From a virus, in IMG/VR virus record IMGVR_UViG_3300032770_000012, positions 1 to 64,000 of that record: 64,000 nucleotides of DNA; one strand, 5' to 3'. The position numbers and the translations under genes are program-made. The notes beneath the pieces were generated by a model. The model made no database searches, was not told where the DNA came from, and worked only from the letters and a program-made list of their open reading frames with translations. Shown piece after piece: positions 1 to 10,250 of this stretch (the first letter of the stretch is position 1; every line of letters begins with the position of its first letter).

Positions 1-28
1 TAGCGTTTGTCCAGACTGGACTGGAGTG

Positions 29-406
29 TTATGACTTAGCGTAGTTAGGAAAGAGTCCCCGCATCGCAACACCAGCTTCTCTACGATACATAAAACCAAT
101 TACATCACGCTTCTGTTCGAAGGTGAAGGACGCCCACAGGAACGACGGCAGACCAACAAAGTCCGGGTAAACCCATCTCGGCTTACCTCCAAGCGTGTGA
201 AAGCCGATGCGGTCGATCACCCGGATCGTAAGCTCTATGGGGTCTCCGATCAACTTGGCGGTGTAATAGGTCTCCCCGCCTGACTGGAATGAATCTCCCT
301 GCGTGAATTCGGTTCCGGGGATCAGTTTCCCAAGCAGGGCCACGCTTTCCGTGAACGCGGTGGGGTTGTTGTGCTTGTCGGTCCTGTATTGGTCGGCTGG
401 AGTCAT
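29..406 (-). CDS. Putative lysozyme-like endolysin / muralytic protein
   Basis: RTDKHNNPTA resembles the R-x-NNP motif of phage lysozyme-like proteins; overlaps the holin-like gene by 4 nt. Confidence 0.45.
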   Translation of the reverse strand: MTPADQYRTDKHNNPTAFTESVALLGKLIPGTEFTQGDSFQSGGETYYTAKLIGDPIELTIRVIDRIGFHTLGGKPRWVYPDFVGLPSFLWASFTFEQKRDVIGFMYRREAGVAMRGLFPNYAKS

Positions 407-657
407 GGCTTTATTGACGTGTCGGACACTATTCTGGTCGCAGCCTCCGGAGTCGCCGCTCTCGTCCCTCCGGATACGTCATGGTCTTTGCTCAGTACGC
501 CAATGGCGAACACTATGAGAGCGATCTGAACTTTGGGATCGTGTATCGCCGCAGAGAACGAGGAATCGCTGACGGCCTGCCAGGCCGCGACGAATGCCGA
601 TAGCAATCCGGCTACGGTGGTCTTCCAGGACGTAATGCTCGGCAGTTTAATGGTCAC
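403..657 (-). CDS. Putative holin
   Basis: 84 aa, two hydrophobic helices, SWKTTVAGLL...SKDHDVSGG pattern typical of small phage holins. Confidence 0.55.
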   Translation of the reverse strand: MTIKLPSITSWKTTVAGLLSAFVAAWQAVSDSSFSAAIHDPKVQIALIVFAIGVLSKDHDVSGGTRAATPEAATRIVSDTSIKP

Positions 658-660
658 GGT

Positions 661-1368
661 TCATTCTATACCGCATCGCGCGCTTACGTCCATCCAGGCG
701 AGCCACTGAGGCCGGTTGGCAGCACTACCGCCGTCGGTCCCTCTCCGGATTGGCGCGGCAGGCGGAGATGGTGGCAAACAGGCAACCACATCGATCACCT
801 GGAATGCCTTGATCCTTTGCCCGCTGATGTTCTTCAATACGTCCACCCCCTGCGGGACAAAGGTAACAAGCAATCCGCCGACATTGATCGGCCCTACCCT
901 TGCGGCTTGCACGCCTTGCTTCCGCAGTTTCTTGGCCGCTTTCCACGATCCTCCGGCCCAGACAGCATACATGGAGTTTTCCGTGCAGGCATTGGTGCTC
1001 GGGGCGACCGTTCCGTTCAACGGCAGGACCGGTGGTACGCTCCCAGGATTCGGAGCGCCTTTGGCAATGATTGGAGCCACGGTGTGATCGTAAAACGTAT
1101 GTCCGGTAGCAAGCCCAACCTCAATCGCCGTACTCATGGCGACCGCTCCCGAGAGTCCTCCGATCAGAACTCCGATCGATCCGTCCGAGAGGATTTCTCC
1201 AGCAATGTTGTGCCAGTTCAAGCCGCTCCTGGTGTCGATGATGGCCTGACCAGCGGAGGGAGAAATATACTGGATGCCATTTTCTGACGCGGCCTGGTAG
1301 AGTAACCCGGCAGGAACAGATTGTGCGGCGAGTACCGGAGCAAGCCCAACGATCAACGCCAGCTTCAT
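661..1368 (-). CDS. Exported hypothetical protein (Sec signal peptide)
   Basis: N-terminus MKLALIVGLAPVLAA/Q. Confidence 0.6.
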   Translation of the reverse strand: MKLALIVGLAPVLAAQSVPAGLLYQAASENGIQYISPSAGQAIIDTRSGLNWHNIAGEILSDGSIGVLIGGLSGAVAMSTAIEVGLATGHTFYDHTVAPIIAKGAPNPGSVPPVLPLNGTVAPSTNACTENSMYAVWAGGSWKAAKKLRKQGVQAARVGPINVGGLLVTFVPQGVDVLKNISGQRIKAFQVIDVVACLPPSPPAAPIRRGTDGGSAANRPQWLAWMDVSARCGIE

Positions 1369-1371
1369 GGC

Positions 1372-1980
1372 TTATTGTTTCTGCCAATATGTGCTGCGTC
1401 CCATTCCGTTCGACACGACATCGAGCACATAGGTTCCGGTCGAATCCTTGTATGGCTCTCCGTACTTGGCTCCGCCAGCTTCATACTCAAGCGTTGCTGG
1501 ATAATTCGGAAGATAGATGTCTCCCACCGCGAGCGGGCCGATTGGGCTCTGGTTTGGCGGAACAGGGATCGGGGCGGGTGGCGGATTGAAGGGCGGATAG
1601 TCAGCCAGGTTGATCGAGACCTTGATGCTTCCAGGTGGTGGAATAGTGGGGTACGGTCCTAGTGTTCCAGGAGTGTCTAGCCCTGGCTCGGAGTACTGCC
1701 CCGGCATCCCGAGACCGGGCTGTAAGGCCGAGGGCACCCAGATCAGTCCAGCCGCAAGGCGCTGTTCCATGCAAAGAAATGGGTCCCAACCAAATGCCAT
1801 GATCGGAGCGTCGATCAGGAATCCTCTACGTGCGAGTATTGCAGCGCGCCCGGCGCGCGCCGCGATGTTCTGCTCGCTGTCGTCGGGAAGCGCCAATAGC
1901 GCGGCTATCTCCGGAGGCTGCGAGGCGAGATAGGCCGCATTGAACGTTTGTTGCTGCGTAGGAGTCGGGGAGTTGGGCAT
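1372..1980 (-). CDS. Pro-rich hypothetical phage protein
   Basis: ATG 1980 just after the upstream stop; tight operon spacing. Confidence 0.65.
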   Translation of the reverse strand: MPNSPTPTQQQTFNAAYLASQPPEIAALLALPDDSEQNIAARAGRAAILARRGFLIDAPIMAFGWDPFLCMEQRLAAGLIWVPSALQPGLGMPGQYSEPGLDTPGTLGPYPTIPPPGSIKVSINLADYPPFNPPPAPIPVPPNQSPIGPLAVGDIYLPNYPATLEYEAGGAKYGEPYKDSTGTYVLDVVSNGMGRSTYWQKQ

Positions 1981-1993
1981 TATCTTGTGATCC

Positions 1994-2608
1994 TCATTGC
2001 ATTCTGAAAACGGTTCGGTCAAAGAACAGCCAGTAGAACTTTCCCGCCGCAAGCGCGCCCGGCTTCGGGTCGGTCGTTCCGTCATTCTGCTTGATTGCTC
2101 GCGGTCCAAGGCTGCTAATGTTGAGCGTCGCCGGGCCAGCGCTGGAAACGTCCGGTCGGAATACGACGAACTGCCCTTCCACATAGGCCGTCGCCTGCGT
2201 CAGATTGCAGCTATAGGCGGCTGTCCCTGCCTTCGAGGCGCAATACCACGGTTGTCCACTCTGGGCGTTGAGGATGCTAAGAGCGACAGCGGTATCCAAA
2301 GATGCGGTGCATACGGTCTGGCTCGCAGCGCTTGTTTTGCAAGTGACTACGATTCCCACGCCAGAACCGAGAGTGATGTTAGAGCCGGAACCGCTTCCGG
2401 GCGGTCCCTGCGGCCCTGCTGGACCAGTTGCTCCAGTTGCTCCAGTTGCTCCAGTTGCTCCGGTTGCTCCAGCGGGGCCAGCGGGGCCAGCGGGGCCGGT
2501 GCATTGCAATGTTGGAGGATTGGTTGCGGAGACCGTGCATGGCAGCATGATCTGGATTCCCTGCGCAGAGGCGATTGATCCGAACAGCAGAAGAACTCCT
2601 AGTTTCAT
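1994..2608 (-). CDS. Collagen-like fibre protein with signal peptide and tail-fibre-type C-terminal domain
   Basis: MKLGVLLLFGSIASA/Q; about 11 G-X-Y triplets; ATLNISSLGPRAIKQNDG motif of phage fibre domains. Confidence 0.75.
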   Translation of the reverse strand: MKLGVLLLFGSIASAQGIQIMLPCTVSATNPPTLQCTGPAGPAGPAGATGATGATGATGATGPAGPQGPPGSGSGSNITLGSGVGIVVTCKTSAASQTVCTASLDTAVALSILNAQSGQPWYCASKAGTAAYSCNLTQATAYVEGQFVVFRPDVSSAGPATLNISSLGPRAIKQNDGTTDPKPGALAAGKFYWLFFDRTVFRMQ

Positions 2609-5600
2609 AGCGACAAATCATTGGCGGTTGCTATCACAGCGCCAGAGGAATCCAAGAACAGAATTTGATAGTAGAGTTTTCCGATCGCCGGGTCCCAAGG
2701 GATTGTGACCGATCCGGTGGAACTATTTATCGTTTGCGCTGCGCTGTTCGCGAGAGCGTATGGCGTGTGAGCGTAGCGAATCTGGATTGAGGCTGCATTG
2801 CCCAAGTTCACATTGAGCGTTGGAGGATTGTATTCTGCCGCTCCATTGTTGGCGCATAAATAGATGACCGTTCCGCCCGTTGGGAACGTGGGGGTATCTG
2901 ACGTTGCTCCTACTGCTAGTTGCGTGACCGTAATCCCGTTGACGCTGTGCAGAACGTACCGAATCGGCGCTTGACCCGCGACCGTGCAACCGGAGATGTC
3001 AATCGTCCGGCTGATTGGTGCGCCGAATGCGGATTGAATCAGCAGTAAATTGCCTTTGCTGGACGACCGCAGATCGCAGTCGAACCAAAACCCAAGACCA
3101 GGACAACCGTTGGCGGCTGGGGTGCCGTACAGATAGCCGGTTTGCGCGAAGCGCTGCGAAGCCAGTTGCGGAGTAGCATGAGCCCAATATCCCGCCATCA
3201 TCGAGCTGTCGCCGTTGTCATAGAACGGATGAATAGACGGCTGTAGTTCGTGAGCTGTGCTGTTGACTGCGAGAGTTGCTGCACTGTAATAACTGAAACT
3301 GTTGTACGGGCCGATATTGTCATAGAGCCGGGTGCCGGTACCGCGTGCTACGGCGGCTTGCATGTCAATCCATGCACCTTGGTAAGGTCCAGTCAGGGTC
3401 TCTTCGCTGCCACCCTCCGAGGACTGATACGCCGAGTAGAGCCCTTTGTGGTACTCGGCGTCCGGGTAAAGCTGTACACTTATCGTTCCGGAGGCGTCAC
3501 CAGACGGCAGGTATTCCATGACTTTGCTGGTGGTGTTGCAGTTCGGGTCTGGCAACGGGACCATTGTACTTGGAGAATAAAACGTGGTGGAGTTATAGTA
3601 ACTCGCACCGGCTCCTATGACACCTGTGAGAGTAAAATCCTGACCATTGTGGATGCAATGGTCCGTGGCGGGCAAGTTAAAATTATCGACGTGCCCGCCG
3701 CCCTGCGTTGTCAAGGTAATATTTGTCAGGGACAAAACACTGCCGTCAGACCAGTGCATTGTCCCGCCACTACCTTCGTCAGTCTTGACCTGCCCGCCAC
3801 TCGACGTGGCTCCGTTGCCGTTGGTGGCAAGAGTGAACTCTGTTGGGCTCACAATCGATGCCACCGTATAGGTCCCGCTGTTCAGAGACGTCATCCCGGT
3901 GACGCCAGTAAAGCTCACCAGGCTATTGACAGTAAGGTTATTGGCTGTGCTGGTCACAACATCGACCGGCACGCCAGATCCAGTGGTGATAGTCGTGATC
4001 GATCTGGGACCTCCACCCGGCACCAAATGCGCGCCCTCGCGGGCCACCCGAAGTGTGGTAGAGGTAGGCGCTGCGGTTACGCAAAACGTAGCGTTCCAAT
4101 CTGAGTTACTCGAACCACTGATAACTAACTGGGTCCCGCAGTGGCCGATGACATTACGGATGCCGTGATCGGACGGAAAAGTGCATGTGTCTCCACTGCA
4201 ACTCGTGCCGCTCAGAGAGTTTGGTTCGGCAAGGTAATAGTCGGACAGAATCCCGCCCACTTGACCTAGAAATGCTCGCTGACTTCCGGCGTTACCGATG
4301 ACGGCGCGGAATTCATAGGCTGGATTCCCTGTGATTGCGTTCCCGCCTGGTCGTAGGTTAATGAGGTCTACCAGTTGCGCGAGTTGCGGAGTGTTGGTAC
4401 GCCCGATACCAATGTAAACTTCACAAAAATCTGAAAAGCTGGAATTGCCGCAGTACATAGGGGAAGGTAGAATATTTCCACCATTCTGATTTGACGCCAT
4501 CGGATGCCCAATAGTCGGATGCGGATTAGCGGCCCTCAATTGAGAAATCAGGGTGTTATAAATTGAATTCGGCATGAAGTCTTTCGCGGCGTCTTCCTGA
4601 TGCCAAGCGAAAGTGTTGATAGTACCAGAAGCAATGTCAAGGTTAGTGGCACCGCTGGGCGCGGTAAACGTGTTCCCGGACCCAAGGCTATACGCGCCTG
4701 GATTGGAGTCAAGCGCTGTGCCTGTTCCTGAGATACTGAACTTGCGGTTGCAGTTCGCATAGTCCATGCCGAAGCTTGTGTATGGTCCGCCCGCAAAGGT
4801 CAGAGAAGGCCATGTGATTGTGCCTATCGGAGGGGTTGCGTTGTTGGTAGTGATCCTTGTAGGGCCACTGGTTGCCCCAATAGTTCCTACCGGACCTGGA
4901 TAGGTGAGTTGCTGGTAATTTCCTTCGTCATGACCGCTGAAACCGATGGCATTGTGAGGGAGCCAATAGCCTGCCACCCAAGACATAGGGGCCTTGGTCC
5001 ACCCTGCGTTGTTGTTGTAGCCGATTGTATAAGCCCAGAAATAATCGGCTGTGCTGCCCAAACCGTCAGGATAACCGTTTCCGGCGCTATTGCAAGACAA
5101 CTCGCCACTCAAGACCGGATGAAAATACAACGGTGCCCCATTCGTGTAGTTCGCGTAGTTGGTCCATTTTGCAATGTAATTTTGAACGTCGGTTTTGAAA
5201 GTGTTTTCCGAGGTCGCCATTGCAGTTTCGCCTGTCGCACCTGGTTCAACCGAATTAAACCCTGCTACTGTATAGGCAACTCCGAAAAGGGAGAGGCGAT
5301 TCTGGATGAGAGGATCGGCAAAACCAGACAGGGTTGATGAAGTGTTAAAGGAGTCCGCCAGCCACATGCAATCGGAAGCGCTCGTGCAGGTGGTGTGAAT
5401 CTGCCCATCGGTTCCGAAATGCGGAATGGGGCCGGGTGAATTATTCACCATTCCGTAGATAGACACCGTAGGTCCGGTCGATGGTGTCATGATGCCGCTG
5501 ACTGTCGCCGTGACGATACAGAGTCCGAAGTTGACTCCAGATGTTGCACTGACCAGTCCTGAACTGTTGACCGAACAGATGCGAGTGCTCGCAGGGTTCG

Positions 5601-6453
5601 ACTGGTTAACTGTAGTAATATCCGTGGTTCCCCACGTTACAGAGGAGCATGCGCCGCCGTCCGAGCCATCCGCGTTGCGTTTCTTGCACGTAAGCTGAAT
5701 CGTTCCGTTTGCCGGAATGGTCCAGTTTATCGGGCTGATAATCGCCTCACTCGCTGTGGTTGAGTTGGAGAACGTGATTTGCTTGCACCACTCACCCAAT
5801 GGCGCATGAAGTGTATTGTCCTTTGTGAACATACACACTAGGTGCGATCCGTTGGGCCATGCCGAGGAATCGAGTATCGCACTCGTGGGTGATCCTTGGC
5901 CCGAGTTACGATAATCTCCGTCCACTGAGGTATTGAGCGACTTGCTGTCGGTACCGGAGTTCGTTCCCGTGAAACTCGCCGAGAAATTGCACTTGCCGGT
6001 CCAGGTCGTGGTCGTACACCCCGAACCTCCTGTACCGTTGGTCACCGTCAAAGCCGAGAAGTAAATCTGCGATGGCGTGTACCGAAAGGCGTTATTGATC
6101 GTGATGCCGGTATTTGTCGCGGTGCAGAGCAAGCTGTTCGCGGCATCGTACACGTTGACTGTGATCCAGCCATAACCCGGCGTATCGAATCGTAGGTTGG
6201 TGTTCCATGTCATTGACCACTGCGGTTGGCCGGAAGTGAGCCAGATGCGACTACCCGGAGATGGTTGCGTGTCGCCATCGAAAATCACTTCGACGGAATG
6301 GGCTGATGGAGCGCCGCTGATGCTTCCCGTGATGTTGTACGCTAGGCCGTTTATAGTTGCATTGCTGGCCGGGGTAGTGACGGGGCAGGTCGGAACTGCG
6401 TACAGTTCCGTGGCACAAAGAACAAGGAAGGAAACGATAATTTTATTGAACAT
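2605..6453 (-). CDS. Large exported multidomain protein: Ig-like domains, possible glycoside-hydrolase-like core, E1_FCCH-like repeats
   Basis: Signal MFNKIIVSFLVLCATELYA; N-terminal Ig-like beta segments; FSGHDEG; VSFTGVTGMTSLNSGTYTV repeat type seen in phage tail proteins; many Cys pairs. Confidence 0.6.
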   Translation of the reverse strand: MFNKIIVSFLVLCATELYAVPTCPVTTPASNATINGLAYNITGSISGAPSAHSVEVIFDGDTQPSPGSRIWLTSGQPQWSMTWNTNLRFDTPGYGWITVNVYDAANSLLCTATNTGITINNAFRYTPSQIYFSALTVTNGTGGSGCTTTTWTGKCNFSASFTGTNSGTDSKSLNTSVDGDYRNSGQGSPTSAILDSSAWPNGSHLVCMFTKDNTLHAPLGEWCKQITFSNSTTASEAIISPINWTIPANGTIQLTCKKRNADGSDGGACSSVTWGTTDITTVNQSNPASTRICSVNSSGLVSATSGVNFGLCIVTATVSGIMTPSTGPTVSIYGMVNNSPGPIPHFGTDGQIHTTCTSASDCMWLADSFNTSSTLSGFADPLIQNRLSLFGVAYTVAGFNSVEPGATGETAMATSENTFKTDVQNYIAKWTNYANYTNGAPLYFHPVLSGELSCNSAGNGYPDGLGSTADYFWAYTIGYNNNAGWTKAPMSWVAGYWLPHNAIGFSGHDEGNYQQLTYPGPVGTIGATSGPTRITTNNATPPIGTITWPSLTFAGGPYTSFGMDYANCNRKFSISGTGTALDSNPGAYSLGSGNTFTAPSGATNLDIASGTINTFAWHQEDAAKDFMPNSIYNTLISQLRAANPHPTIGHPMASNQNGGNILPSPMYCGNSSFSDFCEVYIGIGRTNTPQLAQLVDLINLRPGGNAITGNPAYEFRAVIGNAGSQRAFLGQVGGILSDYYLAEPNSLSGTSCSGDTCTFPSDHGIRNVIGHCGTQLVISGSSNSDWNATFCVTAAPTSTTLRVAREGAHLVPGGGPRSITTITTGSGVPVDVVTSTANNLTVNSLVSFTGVTGMTSLNSGTYTVASIVSPTEFTLATNGNGATSSGGQVKTDEGSGGTMHWSDGSVLSLTNITLTTQGGGHVDNFNLPATDHCIHNGQDFTLTGVIGAGASYYNSTTFYSPSTMVPLPDPNCNTTSKVMEYLPSGDASGTISVQLYPDAEYHKGLYSAYQSSEGGSEETLTGPYQGAWIDMQAAVARGTGTRLYDNIGPYNSFSYYSAATLAVNSTAHELQPSIHPFYDNGDSSMMAGYWAHATPQLASQRFAQTGYLYGTPAANGCPGLGFWFDCDLRSSSKGNLLLIQSAFGAPISRTIDISGCTVAGQAPIRYVLHSVNGITVTQLAVGATSDTPTFPTGGTVIYLCANNGAAEYNPPTLNVNLGNAASIQIRYAHTPYALANSAAQTINSSTGSVTIPWDPAIGKLYYQILFLDSSGAVIATANDLSL

Positions 6454-7630
6454 AAGCCGCATTCATCTGGCCCCCGCCCGCGCTAGCTGTCCACGGGGCC
6501 GCGCCATCGAGGATCAGGACAAACGGCAGGATCGCCGTCGCAGTGTCGGTGAATGTGATGCCGTCCGAAGTGGCCGTCTGAACCGTTGCACCGAACGGTG
6601 TCAATGCTTCTGAGGCTGCGGCGCTATCGATGGTATAGGTTACCGTGTCCCATCTATTGGACGACGTGTCGGACTGCGTACTCTCGCACATTGTCACCCG
6701 CACGGTCGTCCCGCCAGCAATCGTCTGTGTTGAAGTGAATGATTGCCGCAACCATCCCTGGTTAGTGGTCGTGAGTCCAGCGAATTGGGCGTGAGCCACA
6801 CCGTTGGTGTGCGCCAACAGAGTTGGGGTTGTTGTCCCGCCCGTATAAATGCAGTACTGAAGGTTTCCGGTCGGAGTGCCTACCTCGCGGTTTATCCACA
6901 TCGATACGCCGGTCACTTGCAGTGTGACGTTCGCGGGAAGCGTAAACTTTACGCCGATCTGATTGGCTGCGAACACACCGTTGGTCGTGCCGGTTTGCGC
7001 ATAGTTGGTCGCAAGGAATCCGTCGTGGGTCGAATCACTCCAATCCAACCTTAATCCCCAAATGTTGTAGTTTACGCTCGCACCGGTCCATGTACTTCCT
7101 GAATCTGTTGATACCTCGCTGGCCCAAGTGAGCGCTGCAACGCTTGTAAGCCCGGTCTGTGCGGAGGCATTGGCCCCTCCGTATACGCTCAGGTAGTTGC
7201 TCGCGGGCGTTCCGTTTGCGTTCTTGATGACGACCCAGTACTGCGTCCCGGCTGTGTAACTCCCCGTGAACCCGTTGAAGACCACTGTGCCGGTTACTAC
7301 GGTGGCCGGGGTTGTCGATGTCGAGGTTTCAAGAACCGTGCCTGATGGCGTGCTGGTACCGCCCGCTACCGGGGTAGTCGATTCAATGCTGGCCGTGATG
7401 TCACCGGAGCCCAATGTGCCGGTAACGATACCTGATACTGCGAGAGTGCTCAGCGTCTTCGTTGCCTGAGGCACGAAGGAAAAGGCGCACCATCTGCCTG
7501 CTGCGCTGGTTGCACATGAGACTCGATTGGGCCCGCTGTTTGGAATGAACCCCACAAACTGCGGGAAGCGGCTGCCTTGCGCGAGTAGCGAATTGCAGGA
7601 AATTGCGAGGAGTAGAAACAAGCGTTTCAT
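6443..7630 (-). CDS. Exported beta-rich virion-region protein
   Basis: MKRLFLLLAISCNSLLA/Q; Thr/Ser/Gly-rich; YTAGTQYWVVI strand motif. Confidence 0.65.
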   Translation of the reverse strand: MKRLFLLLAISCNSLLAQGSRFPQFVGFIPNSGPNRVSCATSAAGRWCAFSFVPQATKTLSTLAVSGIVTGTLGSGDITASIESTTPVAGGTSTPSGTVLETSTSTTPATVVTGTVVFNGFTGSYTAGTQYWVVIKNANGTPASNYLSVYGGANASAQTGLTSVAALTWASEVSTDSGSTWTGASVNYNIWGLRLDWSDSTHDGFLATNYAQTGTTNGVFAANQIGVKFTLPANVTLQVTGVSMWINREVGTPTGNLQYCIYTGGTTTPTLLAHTNGVAHAQFAGLTTTNQGWLRQSFTSTQTIAGGTTVRVTMCESTQSDTSSNRWDTVTYTIDSAAASEALTPFGATVQTATSDGITFTDTATAILPFVLILDGAAPWTASAGGGQMNAAYVQ

Positions 7631-7631
7631 A

Positions 7632-10196
7632 TTAGTTAGCAGCAATCGATACGTTGGCGTTCACCGAATTGATGCTGGCGAATCCTGATGCCACGAAACA
7701 GAATTCCGTCACGCCGGTCACGCTGGTGCTCCACGACGTAAGCGTCGTGTCGCGCTTTTCCGCCACCGTCGTCATGGTTTCGCCACCATTGGAAATATCC
7801 GACGTTGAACCAACGCCCGTGTAAGAGCTAAGCGCGACGGTCTGAACTTTGACCGTTACAGTGCCTGCGGTGCCCCCGTCTCCGGTGGACATTTGGAAGG
7901 AATTTATTGTGCCCGTGAAATCGACCGGAACACAAGCCGTCGTCGCTCCTGGGGTCAACGTGGCTCCTACATGCCGTAAGACTTGGTTGGCGGGCAGTTG
8001 CGATGCGGTCGCTGAGCCGCTGAGATTGCTGAAGGCTAACTGAGCGCAGTTGTTTGAACCGCTGGTCCAACCTTGCGACCAATTGTTGCCTGTGCAGGCC
8101 GACGCGGTGTTCGCCGCCGCCGCCGTTCCGAGCGCGCCGCCATCAGTAAGGGTGACTTTTCCGCTGACCACGGCAACTGTGACATTGTGACCATTGGTCG
8201 GAGCGGAAGCGAATGGCGCGACGATTCCATCCGCTCCATCCCAGATATGCACGTTGGTATTGGTGGTGTCGTAACCGATGTTGTTCGCTGAAGTGGCCGC
8301 GAAATTAGAAGCGGCGGGGAGCTTGGTATTGGCAGCCGAAAAATCTTGTAGCCCGGTAGAGTAAGTATTGGCCTGCCCGGTGCCCACTAGGTTTCCGGTC
8401 GGTGCGGTAAGCGATGTTCCCCAGGCTGAGCCAGTGGACACCGCGATGCCCGCTGGTGGATACACCATGCCGCCGCCGCCACTCGAACTACCCATCAGTT
8501 CAAAGACGCAATGCGTCAGTGTTGGAGGGCTACAACCGCCACCGGAGGACTGCAAGGTGATCCACTGAGGTTGATTGGCGATCAGTGCGCCCCCAGGATC
8601 GGTCGATCCATCAGGATTCTTAATGTTTACTTGACCTAGGGTATCGATGTTGACATTGCAACTCGAACTGCAAGTCGTGTCCACGTTTAGCACGAACACT
8701 TGACCTATCGTGTAGGTACTGAGCGTCCTCGCCGCACTCAGGGAACACGTATAATTCGTGTTGCCAGTAATCGAGTTGCAGTAAAGCGGCGCTCCGCTCT
8801 GAGCCGCCGCAATTGTTAATGCGAAGCCGGTGTCTAAGCTGGGAAGCGCAACCCCACCTCCAGAGTTGGTCAACGTGAATCCTGTACCGAAATTTAGCGT
8901 CGAACAAGTGAATCCGCCTGCCCCACTCAGTTCGCAAGTGAGAGATCCGCCTCCGCCGCCTGTGTACTGCGGAATGTTTAGCGTGTTGCCGACAAGTGTG
9001 GCCGGGCCGCTACTGCCCGTGGTGGTCAGTGTCAAGGCTCCTTGGTACACCGGAATATTCAGGGTGTTGGTCGCCTGCGTATAGGTCGCAGCGTTGGATG
9101 TCCCCGTCGTCGTCAAGGTAATCGGCAAATTCGTTAAGTTGGCAGCGCTGCCGTTGTTGACCAGCAGAGTTCCTCCTGCGGTCGGAAACGTCCACGTGCT
9201 AGAAGACGGGATCGCGAAGACCGCGCTGAATGCTCCGGTTGTGCTGAAATTTCCGGAGAGCGACACGGTCTTGCCGCCGATCGAAGCGACGGTGCAATTC
9301 GGCATTGTTCCGGATAGATCCCCGCCGCAAGCCGTCGATGTCGTCACCGTCCCTAACATGGTATTGACCTGTGATGCGCTCAGCGCGGTCACTGGTCCGG
9401 ACGCGCCCGTGTTGTTTCCGGGTATTGAGTGGGCCGCAATATTAGCCATCCCGCTCAATGGCAAACTCGTGGCATGAGTCAGTACCAAGGTCGTCGGCGT
9501 ACCGAGATCGGCACTTACCGAGGTACCACAGGAGAAGGCGTCGGTGCTTTGCGTGTAATTCAGATGATTGCCAGCAGAATCTACGCAGTCCGATATTACC
9601 GAGGCCCCGAACACGGCTGGTGTCGCCCCATTGCTGATAAGCGTCGCGTGAGCAGGGGCCGCGTTCAAGGCCGCACCGAGCCCACCGTAGGTAGTCCCGA
9701 TAACCGTACCGTGCCATACCCCGGTCGTGATTGTGCCGATGCTGGAGAGCGCCGAGAGCGTCGTTACGGAGGCGTCCACTTTGCCGTTGAATGTGGCCCA
9801 ATCGGCAGCGGTCAGAAGTCCTCGATTACTGGCGGAGGCCGAAGGAAGATTGAAGGTATGGGTTGTGGCGGCGCTGGAGATGCTGAAGTCGGTACCGGAC
9901 GTGCCTATTGCAAAACTTTGCGTTGCGTCAGTCAGGCCATTCAATGACGCGATCCCGACTCCTCCAGCCGTTCCCTGCGCTTCCCAAGTGTTCGTAGCAA
10001 TGCAGTAGTAGATGCGATTGCCGGATACGCAACCATTGCCCGTGCAAAGATAAACGGATCGATGGGCGACGCACGTTGCCGGACGACTTGCCAGCGGTCC
10101 AGCACCTACCGTTCGCCAGTTAGGATCAGGCGGGAAACTGCTCCCCTGGCCAAATAATACCGCCGTGGCGAATACAAAAGCTGCGAATGTTCTCAT
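7632..10196 (-). CDS. Tail-fibre-like protein with signal peptide
   Basis: MRTFAAFVFATAVLFG/Q; ASASNRGLLTAADWATFNGK, ITTGVWHGT and duplicated LTTTG..ATL..TLNIP motifs typical of phage fibres. Confidence 0.75.
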   Translation of the reverse strand: MRTFAAFVFATAVLFGQGSSFPPDPNWRTVGAGPLASRPATCVAHRSVYLCTGNGCVSGNRIYYCIATNTWEAQGTAGGVGIASLNGLTDATQSFAIGTSGTDFSISSAATTHTFNLPSASASNRGLLTAADWATFNGKVDASVTTLSALSSIGTITTGVWHGTVIGTTYGGLGAALNAAPAHATLISNGATPAVFGASVISDCVDSAGNHLNYTQSTDAFSCGTSVSADLGTPTTLVLTHATSLPLSGMANIAAHSIPGNNTGASGPVTALSASQVNTMLGTVTTSTACGGDLSGTMPNCTVASIGGKTVSLSGNFSTTGAFSAVFAIPSSSTWTFPTAGGTLLVNNGSAANLTNLPITLTTTGTSNAATYTQATNTLNIPVYQGALTLTTTGSSGPATLVGNTLNIPQYTGGGGGSLTCELSGAGGFTCSTLNFGTGFTLTNSGGGVALPSLDTGFALTIAAAQSGAPLYCNSITGNTNYTCSLSAARTLSTYTIGQVFVLNVDTTCSSSCNVNIDTLGQVNIKNPDGSTDPGGALIANQPQWITLQSSGGGCSPPTLTHCVFELMGSSSGGGGMVYPPAGIAVSTGSAWGTSLTAPTGNLVGTGQANTYSTGLQDFSAANTKLPAASNFAATSANNIGYDTTNTNVHIWDGADGIVAPFASAPTNGHNVTVAVVSGKVTLTDGGALGTAAAANTASACTGNNWSQGWTSGSNNCAQLAFSNLSGSATASQLPANQVLRHVGATLTPGATTACVPVDFTGTINSFQMSTGDGGTAGTVTVKVQTVALSSYTGVGSTSDISNGGETMTTVAEKRDTTLTSWSTSVTGVTEFCFVASGFASINSVNANVSIAAN

Positions 10197-10250
10197 GAAC
10201 TCTCCGCCGCCTGTCCCGCGTTTTACGGAAAGTCCAGACTGGACAATTGC

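Noticed and set aside
2400-2500. 9-bp tandem repeat as a contingency locus
   Set aside because: Explained by in-frame collagen GAT/GPA triplets
3250-4104. Long antisense ORFs (also 11924-12871, 15572-16429, 39420-39980)
   Set aside because: Shadow frames of real genes in GC-rich DNA, without recognisable motifs
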